From positions 25,988,428-26,052,427 of the forward strand of contig NC_068993.1 of NCBI RefSeq assembly GCF_001194135.2: a stretch of 64,000 nt of DNA, read 5' to 3'. The DNA is from Octopus bimaculoides (taxonomy: Eukaryota). Under the pieces are notes generated by a model that saw nothing but the letters and a program-made list of their open reading frames with translations, did not search any database and had not been told where the DNA came from. Each line of letters begins with the position of its first letter. Within the stretch, counting starts at the first letter, position 1. Below, piece by piece: positions 11,958 through 22,389 of the stretch. The position numbers and the translations under genes are program-made.

Positions 11958-13489
11958 AAATGTACAAATTTCAGGCACACACACTCTCCACAAACATACA
12001 ATTCTTCCCCTCATTCATATATATCTCTTTACGTAACTACACATAACCTTTCCCCACCACCATTGTATCCTAAATCTATCGACCTGCACACACACACACA
12101 CACACACACACAACACCTTCACACCTATCTACCTGGCTGCCTTTCCGCAATGACCCAACTTGAAGAGACAACACACACACACACACAAGCAGACGACTAG
12201 ACATGTCTGCTTCGTGTGTTGTCTACAGCCACTGATATTAATAGAAGTCCGTTTATATCAAGCATAGCTGGTGAAGGTGATCAAGTGGGAGTTTTGGTTA
12301 TTTCTTTCATAACTCAGTCAGTAGCTGTACCATTAACGATCATTGACCTCTCTAAATCTATCAGCAGGCAGCAGGGGTTTATAACGTTACAATGACAGCG
12401 CTCTCGAAAGACGGCGGCATTGAGACGCAGGAAGACAGAAAGGGGAAAAGAAACAGAAATGTATATTGATGAAGAGAGAGAGGAAAGGATATGAATGGGC
12501 AACGATATAGAGTGTGAAGAGAGAAAGCGAATGAATGGGGGGGATTACGATGTGGGTATGGTGAAATGAAAAGAATCAAAACTGGGTCACAAATTTACAA
12601 TATAAACAATGATTGTTTCTGGCTGAAATTGTCCTTTCAAATATACATTTAAGTTTACTAACAGTTACTTTTAAGAAGTCGATCGGTCCAGGAAAGTTTA
12701 TGATAAAACCCCCAAGACTTGAACATGGAGAAGTAAGGTAACGATGAATTAACGCATGAAATAAATTACAATGTCAGTGCTGATAGTGACTAAGGTGGAA
12801 ACACAGACACACACACACAAGTGGGTGGACAAACGAAGGAAGGAGGCATTCAACACATTTGGTAAGAATATATATATATATTAATATTTAATAACAGTAT
12901 GATTAGATTCTATGCACCCAGTCCTCCGTATACATAAGAGCACGTACACACACGCGTGCATAAGTGAGCTGAAACATCGAAATCACTGTCAAATAAATAT
13001 AAATAAATATGGTACCCCATTGGAAAGCATAGAGTAATCTTCAATATAATATCGAAGTTTCTATATATAACTTTACATAAGAAGAAAAAACGTGTGAGTG
13101 TGAAAATACACATGAAATGAAAATGTGCTCTGAGGAATAAACTAAGAGTGGCCACTGGCATGTATTTTTTGCACAAGATGAAATGGGGTATATTAAGTAA
13201 TAAACAAGATAAATTCTATATTTATTGAAAGTCGCTCAGCTTCCAGACAGGGTAGAACAATTGCTTTCTTGCAATTGGTACAAACCCAAATGGGAAAAAA
13301 AGACAATATCAAGAAGAAAAACTCTCTAAAACTGACATGCCATGAAGAAAATCACAGGCTGTTAGTCTGAAGACAAGAGTACACCTACCTAAAATGTTTC
13401 TGCCTTAATAGGCATCTTCAACACAGTACATGTCTTACATTATCTCCAGCAGATAGAATACTTAGACATATACAAAGAGTAAAGTATAA

Positions 13490-13700
13490 TTTAAATACAT
13501 TGCATCTATCTCTCTATCTATCCATCCATCCATCCACACACATATAAATATATATCTATATAGATACACACAAACATACACATACATATGTATATATGAT
13601 AGATAGATAGATGGATGGATAGGTACATATATAAGCACGTGTATATGTATAGTACACACATGTACATAGACATACATATGTAAATACACACACACACATA
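13490..13700. repeat. Representative compound microsatellite; very abundant throughout the window
   Basis: (TA)n, (CA)n/(GT)n, (GA)n, (CAT)n, (AAT)n and (CAC)n tracts, e.g. 18050-18120, 20410-20580, 28785-28850, 34480-34510, 35150-35520, 38810-38870, 47160-47305, 51260-51320, 56310-56365. Confidence 0.95.
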
Positions 13701-13701
13701 C

Positions 13702-13854
13702 CAAAATTCATATTTTTGCTTGGAGGGACTACATCAATTGTACAAATGTTTGTGGACCCTCTGCCACTTATATGCATTGGAGGGTGCACTGGACAAATGG
13801 AACAATCTTTGAAATTGATGTAACATCCACCAACCACCAGTTTCTTGATTGAGT
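13702..13854 (-). CDS. Candidate host exon, product unknown
   Basis: Minus-strand acceptor ttgtttcctgtgttag(cag)| (tandem NAGNAG) and donor ttg|gtatgt. Either a 153-nt through-open frame (DSIKKLVVGGCYINFKDCSICPVHPP..) or, spliced to 15548-15605, a terminal frame (RLNQETGGWWMLHQFQRLFHLSS..HLYN*). No homology recognised. Confidence 0.35.
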
Positions 13855-14129
13855 CTGCTAACACAGGAAACAACGCAGGGTTTGTTATAATCTATTTTGA
13901 TGATGAGAGGTTAAAAAAAACATGCAGTAAGAATATATGTAAAAATAAATAATACAACTGTAGAACCATCACAAGTTTATATACAAAACAGATTACATAG
14001 AAAATGTAAACACATGCAAAACCATCAAAGCAACACTTGAGTGGTTCTTGAATTGATGTTAAAAAGTGTGCAATTGTTTTCATCCTTAAATTTTTTGGCA
14101 TGAGAATTTTATTAAATGAAGGCTAATGT

Positions 14130-14301
14130 CTCTTATCTTTTACTTATTTCAGTCATTAGATTGCAGCCATGTTGAGGCACCGCCTTAAGAATTTTTAGTG
14201 TAATGGATCAACCCCAGAACTTATTTTTTGTCAAACCTGGTACTTATTCTATCAGTTCTTTTGCTAAGTTACAGAGACATAAACATACCAACACTGGTTG
14301 G
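14130..14301 (-). mobile_element. SINE A 3' half, truncated by the assembly gap
   Basis: ttatcttttacttatttcagtcattagattgcagccatgttgaggcaccgcc matches the reverse-complemented SINE A tail. Confidence 0.8.
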
Positions 14302-14705
14302 NNNNNNNNNNNNNNNNNNNNNNNNNNNNNNNNNNNNNNNNNNNNNNNNNNNNNNNNNNNNNNNNNNNNNNNNNNNNNNNNNNNNNNNNNNNNNNNNNNN
14401 NNNNNNNNNNNNNNNNNNNNNNNNNNNNNNNNNNNNNNNNNNNNNNNNNNNNNNNNNNNNNNNNNNNNNNNNNNNNNNNNNNNNNNNNNNNNNNNNNNNN
14501 NNNNNNNNNNNNNNNNNNNNNNNNNNNNNNNNNNNNNNNNNNNNNNNNNNNNNNNNNNNNNNNNNNNNNNNNNNNNNNNNNNNNNNNNNNNNNNNNNNNN
14601 NNNNNNNNNNNNNNNNNNNNNNNNNNNNNNNNNNNNNNNNNNNNNNNNNNNNNNNNNNNNNNNNNNNNNNNNNNNNNNNNNNNNNNNNNNNNNNNNNNNN
14701 NNNNN
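14302..14705. other. Assembly gap (N run). Other gaps: 20988-21126, 28274-28283, 40844-40943, 41561-41570, 47732-48169, 60517-60575, 62624-62747
   Basis: Runs of n, almost all flanked by (TA)n, (CA)n/(GT)n or (G)n tracts. Confidence 0.99.
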
Positions 14706-15177
14706 ATATATATATATATATATATAAGGTGCAGGTGTGGCTGTTTTTGTAAGAAATACACATCAGCATATAGGTATGATTGCATGGTTAAAAAATCTGC
14801 TTTGTAAGTGTGATTCTGGACTTGTTCAAGGTGTAACTGAAATATGATATATGAAAACTATGCAGAAGCCCAACAGATACACACACATACATGCATGTGT
14901 TTGTGCATGCAAATATCTATTCATCTGTTCTTTTAATGTTTTTATAGATTGGACTGTGGCCATGTCTTTAGCTGTTTCAGTTTAATTACATCCACTTCAG
15001 CTATTATTTCAGTATAGTCTTTATTTTATTGATCTATGATTATCAAATTGAGGAGCTACACTTTTTAACACAAAATTGTTATTTAGATCAGTAAAGAAAC
15101 ATGATGCACTTCTACCTATAAGATGAAGAAAATACTGGGGAGGGGCCATTTCCCATTATGTTATAACCAGAGTTTGT

Positions 15178-15348
15178 GACAAGGCAAAATGGTTAGTGGC
15201 ATTTCAGCCATCTAAATTCCGCCAAAGTTGACTTTGCTTTTCATCCTTTCAGAGTTGGTAAAGTAAAAACCAGTTGACCATTAGGGTCAATTTAATCGAC
15301 TTTGCCCCACCCCTGAAACTGCTGGCCTTGTGCCACTATTTGAAACTA
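15178..15348 (+). mobile_element. SINE B, plus orientation (a further 3' half copy lies at ~18880-18980)
   Basis: aaattccgccaaagttgactttgcttttcatcctttcagagttggtaaag..ggtcaatttaatcgact..gctggccttgtgcc. Confidence 0.7.
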
Positions 15349-15547
15349 ATATTACAATGACCTTAACAAAATCCTAGGATAACTAATCTCTTTTAGAAAA
15401 TTATAAATGAAATAAAAGTTTAAGTTTGTGTTTGCATCAGTAACACCAACAAAGATACAAGTCTGTCTAACAGACTTTACCAATCCCTTTCGGCTTGTCT
15501 GATGACTTTCAAAATGATAAACATTAAAAATACTTTGCTTTCCTTAC

Positions 15548-15605
15548 TTATTTAATCTTTCTGTGTGCGACACACTATTAAATGGTGGTGGTATATTGAA
15601 CCAAG
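15548..15605 (-). CDS. Candidate 58-nt host exon, product unknown
   Basis: Strong acceptor cttcattattttcag| and donor aa|gtaagg; only one frame is open (xWFNIPPPFNSVSHTERLN), phase-compatible with the exon candidate at 13854. Confidence 0.35.
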
Positions 15606-16274
15606 CTGAAAATAATGAAGATTAAAAGCGATTAAATCTTATCAACTGAAGATTTCACTCATAGCTGTTTGAATTCCCAAGTTCCAGCACACATCACATT
15701 TTCTAATTCTCCACCAACAATCATTGTAACAGATAGAAAAATGTTTAATAATAAAAGAGCAGACTTCATCAAAACTAGCAGTATAAGCAGGAGTTAACAG
15801 ATTCAAAACAAAAATATGACTTCTAATAAATATAATAATTCTGTGTTCCATAGGTTCTATTGTGGGTTTTTGTCTCGAATTTTAGATAATTTTCTATCTC
15901 TACACAACCTCAACACACTTAAATTTTTTTTCCTTCCTTTCAGCTTTAGTTTGGCCAATTTTCCTGACTTTATCATTTTCAATCTTTCCATCCAGCTTTA
16001 ACTGTTCCAATTCCTGTGACAGAACAAAAGTACCTTAATCCCATATAAAAATACTAGTTGACAATAGAATAGGAAATGAAGAACAGAGAGCAAAGAATGG
16101 GTCATTGAGAAGAAAGGAAGCAGTCAGTGGATAAAGGCAAAATGGTCAGTCAGTTGTCTGATAAAGCTTTTTAAGAACAACCAATCACAAATGATATGAA
16201 ATAAGAAAAACAAAGCCTTTTACTCCTATCATAATACCCTGCAGGCTAAGTGCAACATCTTTCATTCTCTCCTC

Positions 16275-16700
16275 CCTGTGCCTGTGAAATCTTGTATCCC
16301 TGCTGTAAGGCTTTATTTCCACACACGCCAGCTTAATTTAATTCATCCTTAGTCGAAAGGTACCTGTTGTTATGTCCTGTTATTATTTTATTGTATTTGT
16401 GTAACATTATTCGTTTTTTTCCGTCCTTGTTTTTGTATACATTCGCTGCTTTCTTCCAAGGGATCTAATGCTCTTAGCTTAGTTTTTCCTTAGGGCTGGC
16501 CAGATTGGAGCAATATCGAGTATAACCAGCCGAAATTGCAAATATAATCTGGATCTCAACTGATGAAAGAAAACTCCAATGACCTGTCCTTGTTTTCTTT
16601 GTATCGTCTATCTGGATGTTTTGTTGTCCTTTTCTTGTATCACCTAACTGCCTGGATGTTTTGCGTTCTTGTCCCATTTTGTATTATATATATATTATAT
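16275..16700. mobile_element. Probable interspersed repeat of unassigned family
   Basis: CpG-retaining, T-rich block (cttagcttagtttttccttagggctggccag..ataaccagccgaaattgc) ending in (TA)n and abutting the RTE tail at 16705. Single copy in this window, so repeat status is inferred. Confidence 0.4.
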
Positions 16701-16704
16701 ATAT

Positions 16705-17000
16705 CATCATCATCATCATCATCGTTTAACGTCCGCTTCCCATGCTAGCATGGGTTGGACGATTTGACTGAGGACTGGTGAACCAGATGGCTATACCAGG
16801 TTCCAATCTGATTTGGCAGAGTTTCTACAGCTGGATGCCCTTCCTAACGCCAACCACTCCGAGAGTGTAGTGGGTGCTTTTATGTGCCACTGGTACAAAG
16901 GCCAGTCAGGCGGTACTGGCAACGGCCACGCTCAAAATGGTGTATTTTACGTGCTACCTGCACAGGAGTCAGTCCAGCGGCACTGGCAATGATCTCGCTC
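16705..17000 (-). mobile_element. 3' end of the RTE family with (GAT)n tail, young 5'-truncated copy
   Basis: (cat)n-cgtttaacgtccgcttccatgctagcatggg..ctggatgcccttcctaacgccaacc, plus two ~60-bp subrepeats; matches the 3' end of the ORF-bearing copy at 22390-23950. Confidence 0.85.
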
Positions 17001-18063
17001 ATCTCCATACATACACACAACATATATACAGTATATGAAGTTATCACAGTTTAACAACTATAGAGCATCAATTCTATTCTGTTATGCCTCTCAAACTTCT
17101 TCACTGTAATTTGGTTTTATTTTCAGCTGTGAACCACAACTATGAAACTGTCATTCCCATCTCTACAAAACATATTGATACTGTGCACCAGTGATTCTTA
17201 AGGTTTTTTTTTTTTTTTTTTGGTAACATTGTCTCTTTGCATTTACAAACTTTTTTCAACACCCACTTTTTGCTTCATATGCACTTGCATATCTACCAGT
17301 TAACATTTATCACTATATTCCAGTTTATAGTTGTATTTTCTGTGAGTTCACACACATATGTACACACATGGATTTCTCTGTCCATGTGCAAATTTACACG
17401 TCAGTTTACACACATGGATGATGAGCTCAACAAATGACACTTATAGCTAGAGCTGACACCATTCAAGCATCAACAAATTCATATATATGCACACACATAA
17501 GGATGTGATCTAATACTACAAGTGTAATGACCTCCTTTATTGCATGTATGGAAATAACCACAAATTTTGACAAAGACTTTTGAATTATATTTTGTTTATA
17601 ATTTACATGCATAGGTGATACGTAGTCAGTTTTGTTTATTTAATTATTTACATATGAAAGTCTATTATTATTGTTGATGTTGTAATTGTAGCTCAGAATT
17701 TATCTTGATGCTCTATTTGAAGTTTAGAAGACAAACAACTGCACAAATTCTCCATACCATGACTTGTTCCCACATCCATAGACAATTGTACGCTGCCAAC
17801 ATTCACAAGCACTGCCATACATATAGGAGAACAACACACTATCGATTGCAATCTTCCATTACCAAAACAAAACAAATGATGCGATGTAACACATGGCTGG
17901 TTTCACCTCCTTGTCTGAGTGAATCCCTTGAACAAATGACTAACACAACATCATCACCTTCTCCACTCACTGATTCACCATCATCATTACCCACAATCCA
18001 GTCATGTTCCCTCACTTAATAATCACTGACATCCCAACAACAATTAGCATATATATATATCAT

Positions 18064-18119
<56 letters not shown>

Positions 18120-19392
18120 CTGTACAACATGCAGCTGGCCTCTGGAAAAACCAACATGTATTGGTTTGATGGGAATACCAGCTTAATTTACTTTCAAATT
18201 TCACATAAACAAATGGAGGTGGAGATGAGAGGAAGGACTTGAGCAAAGAAGGGAGAGAAAGGCGAAGGCAAGAAGACAGAAAGAGATACAAATAATGTTA
18301 GGAAGAATTATAAATAACTACACCAAAATAAAGAAGAGCATGAGGTGAGAAGCAAGACATTCACCGAGGATATTCATCACTGACACCACGAAGAGTCATA
18401 GGGTACAGATATACAGAACAGCGTGCCCTTGGTATAACATGGTAAGGTATGTATCATGTATGTGATAATGTTAAGACACATTGCCTAGACAATGCAATCA
18501 TAGCATTTTCCTTATATAACAAAATATATAACACGAGAATAAACCATATATCATATGTTTACTTATGCTTTGTCGTGTTTGCATGGATTGAATGGGTCTT
18601 TTCTTACCATTTGTTGTGGTTCTTTGCCATCAAAATAAACCATCAGTACCCTTCAATAGTTTTATTAGCATAAACATCTTTCTTTCTGGATGCAAGTGAA
18701 TGGTTGAGCACTCTGATGAAACAGTGTGAACAGACTTTTCAAATGATAATTTTGGATTTCTCTTTTATGAATATGGCTTTTTATTGCTGCTGAGCAATTA
18801 TACTATATAATATATGAGGTAACAATACTTTCATTAGATTATACTTCTGTAATTTTCTAGTAATAATATGAATCAAAGTGCTTTTGTCCTCTCGGGGTCA
18901 ATAAAAGTTAAATACTGGGGTCAATGTAATCAACTTACCGCTGCCCTGAAATTGCAGGCCTTGTGCCAAAATTTGAATCAATACGAATCAAGGTGTTTCA
19001 GAAGAAAATATTTGATGGTTGATGGTACCCTGTTACAAGCTTGTTTTACTTCAATAGCCTCATTTTAGTCATTCAGACTTAGGTCAAGTTTCTTACCATT
19101 GTAATGTCTTGCAGCTACTTTAAAAAAGTTCAACTAAAAGTTGCTAAGTACTTTAAGTGGAACAAATGTCTTAAATCTAACAGCACTACTAGCTTGTCTT
19201 TTTATGACTTATTAGATCCCTACTTATTGATGCTTAATACAAACATAAAAAGTAAAATTAAGAATGAACCAACGATGATAAATATGTCGAAAATATAGGC
19301 GTTTGTAAATGTGTGATGGTAAAAACAAATCGCAACCTCTTCACAAACCACTCTTGCAAACTATGTCATCAATGAGCTGGTGTTACAGCTGC

Positions 19393-20004
19393 TGTAACAT
19401 TCCAAACTATACCTAGGGCTAGTCTGGGCCAGGCCAGAGTATACCCCTGACCAGACTATACCCCATGCTTACGGACAAATAACAAAGCTGTACCTCACTT
19501 GTAAAAGTTGCCTCAGAACATATGTAAAATTTTATATCAATTGATGAAGAATTTAAAGTTACATGTAAATTTCAATTTAAACATAGCCAGTTAGAATTAT
19601 CAAATGCAAATATTCAATGTACCATTATAAATGCAATGGATAGGTCGATTGGAAACCAATTGACAACTCGTGCATGCTGTGCAGCACATCTGTACTGTGA
19701 GTTATAGCCTAGACTTGCGCAAATGTGGCCATTGGTGTTGCATTTATATTGGTACATTTTAAAGTATATTGCATTTGATAATTCTAAATTGCTATGTTTA
19801 AATCGAAATTTACTAGTAACTTTTAATTCTTCATCGAGTGACATCAAATTTTATATATGTTCTGAGGCAACTTTTATAAGTGAGGTACATCTGTGTTGTT
19901 TGTCCGCAAGCAGGAGGTATAGTCTGGACAGGAGTATATTCTGGCCTGATTGTTTGGATGGCCCTGGGTATAATCTGGGCAGGGGTATATTCTGGGCTGT
20001 TACA
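19393..20004. mobile_element. ~610-bp foldback element with ~240-bp arms and TGT..ACA termini (Ginger-like non-autonomous DNA transposon, tentative)
   Basis: Left arm ~19393-19640 is the reverse complement of right arm ~19735-20004 (e.g. gtacctcacttgtaaaagttgcctcagaacatat / atatgttctgaggcaacttttataagtgaggtac). Termini tgtaaca / tgttaca; flanks ctgc / cagc (4-bp TSD with 1 mismatch). Confidence 0.8.
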
Positions 20005-20404
20005 CAGCTAATTTTCAATTCTGTTTAGACTTGTTGCACCCATACCCCTGCACCAGTCAAGCCTGCATTCAAGTATGTGCTTGTCGCCGCACATGCATTC
20101 TATCTGTAAGGCTTTTTTTAACACATAAATTAGGGGTTCTGTGTAATGCATGCATGTTCAATGGTTCCAGTTTTAGCTAAAACTGAAAAAACCTAGGATT
20201 TTGAACATTATAAATCTGAAAATTGGTGACCCCTTTGCAGATCCCTAAAATTGGTCGATGAACCCCAGTTTGGGAACCAAGGTTCTATAGTGTAATAAAG
20301 ATATAATTTGATAAAATAAAATACATCTAGCTGCATGGACCATTTTCTACATGATGTAGTATACACAATGATTTCCATACATAACTGTATAGGATTCTAG
20401 ACAG

Positions 20405-20475
<71 letters not shown>

Positions 20476-20482
20476 TTATAAT

Positions 20483-20513
<31 letters not shown>

Positions 20514-20584
20514 CACACTCATATATGTATACACACACATATATGTATGTATGTGTATATGTATATATATATATATGCATACAT

Positions 20585-20914
20585 AGGTGCAGGAGTGGCT
20601 GTGTGATAAGAAGCTTGCTTCCCACCCACATGGTTCAGGGTTCAGTCTCATTGCGTGGCACCTTGGGCAAGTGTCGTCTACTGTAGCCTTGGGCCTACCA
20701 AAGCTCTGTGTGTGTTTGTCTCCCCACCACACCATTGTTTGACAACTAATGTCGGTGTGTTTATGTCCCTATAAATTAGTGGTTCGGCAAAAGAGAGCAA
20801 TAGAATAAATACCAGGCTTACAAAGAAAAAGCCCTGGTGTTGATCTGTTTGACTAAAGGCAGTGCTCCAGCATGGTCGCAGTCAAATGACTGAGACAAGC
20901 AAAAGAGTAAAAGA
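20585..20914 (+). mobile_element. SINE A
   Basis: aggagtggctgtgtgataag..ccttgggcaagtg..agcatggtcgcagtcaaatgactgagacaagcaaaagag. Confidence 0.88.
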
Positions 20915-20936
20915 AAATATACATATGTATACACAT

Positions 20937-20987
<51 letters not shown>

Positions 20988-21126
20988 NNNNNNNNNNNNN
21001 NNNNNNNNNNNNNNNNNNNNNNNNNNNNNNNNNNNNNNNNNNNNNNNNNNNNNNNNNNNNNNNNNNNNNNNNNNNNNNNNNNNNNNNNNNNNNNNNNNNN
21101 NNNNNNNNNNNNNNNNNNNNNNNNNN

Positions 21127-21157
<31 letters not shown>

Positions 21158-22389
21158 ACTGTATAGGCTAGATTCCACACAGTAATGGCTGTAGACTTGC
21201 TCTTCTGTTTAAATATTCGACTGAAAAACCACAAGTAATCAAATTATATAGAACAATTTATTTTCAATGATTAACAAACAATGCCAAAAATGACTAGACC
21301 CTCTGCCTCCCACTCCAAACAGGGTAAAATTATTCCTTGCATAATTTTCTGTACTGTGTTATAATGTTGAACAATTATGCACAGAAAAAGAATAAAATGA
21401 GAGAAAATGGGGTTAAAAGGGGGGGGGGGATGTGAATAAAAATAAAAACAAAACTGTTGCAGATAGGTGAGAAACCTATGAGGATTGCAACTGTTCATAG
21501 GTTACTTTTATGTAATCTAATAGTGTATTGATTTTTAGCCTTTTTAGTTACATACAATGTCGATGGAGAGCTTTGCCCCAAAGCCAGGACTAGCTTCTGC
21601 TCTTCTATACTTGGCTTTTGGCCCTGCAACTCTGAATTCTCTATTGACTTCTTTGGACAAACATCGGCAAGTAGAGGCTTTCAGAATTTAAGCCTTTAAG
21701 TCATACAACTCTGCCAATTCCCAAAACTGTTCAACTTTTACAGCAACTTAACTTACACAAAACAAAAAGCCATCTATCTTCTTTCAACCACAATTAGCAT
21801 TTCCAGCAATTTCAATTCCTATGAGAGGTTTCTAATTCCTCACCAATCACGCACAAACAGATGTTTCAATTATTCCCTGTTAGTAGATGTCTACACTCAC
21901 TTTGCTGTTGCCAGCTTCTTTAGATTATACTTTTATCTCATTTACACTTTAAACAATAATTTCAAGTAACAGAAGTAATAGAATATGATTTAGTTTTCCA
22001 CAGGCAATGGGTTAAATATATTTAACATCCTAAAAGTCAACCCTTGAGAATGTGCAAGAGAAAGATTGTTCAACTAATTAAACCACAAGTTGTTGATAGT
22101 TGAAACATTAACATTGGAAGATGGATTGCTGGAACAATAATTTTGAATCCAGCCAATTATTTCAAATTAACACCAGCTTAGTGGTGGTGGTGGTGATGAT
22201 GATGATGATGATCACCACCACCATACATACACTTGATAAAAGTGATAGTATGTTGGTAGCTGGGAGTCAATAATCATTAGAGAAGGTCACCAAATAAGTC
22301 ATAAACTGTCTCTATCGTTTCAGAAAATTATTCACATAATTAGTTTGGTCATAAGGTAAGAATAAATGTGTATCAACAACAATAATAAT

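Noticed and set aside
14203-14807. Long ORFs full of X in the ORF track (also at 20.8-21.2, 40.8-41.1, 47.6-48.2, 60.4-60.6 and 62.3-62.8 kb)
   Set aside because: Artefacts of translating N-gaps.
12675-18445. Plus-strand donor-bounded frames KSIGPGKFMIKPPRLEHGE (~12675-12730) and RGYSSLTPRRVIGYRYTEQRALGITW (~18365-18443)
   Set aside because: GTAAGG donors are common by chance in this composition; acceptors are weak or ambiguous and there is no homology.
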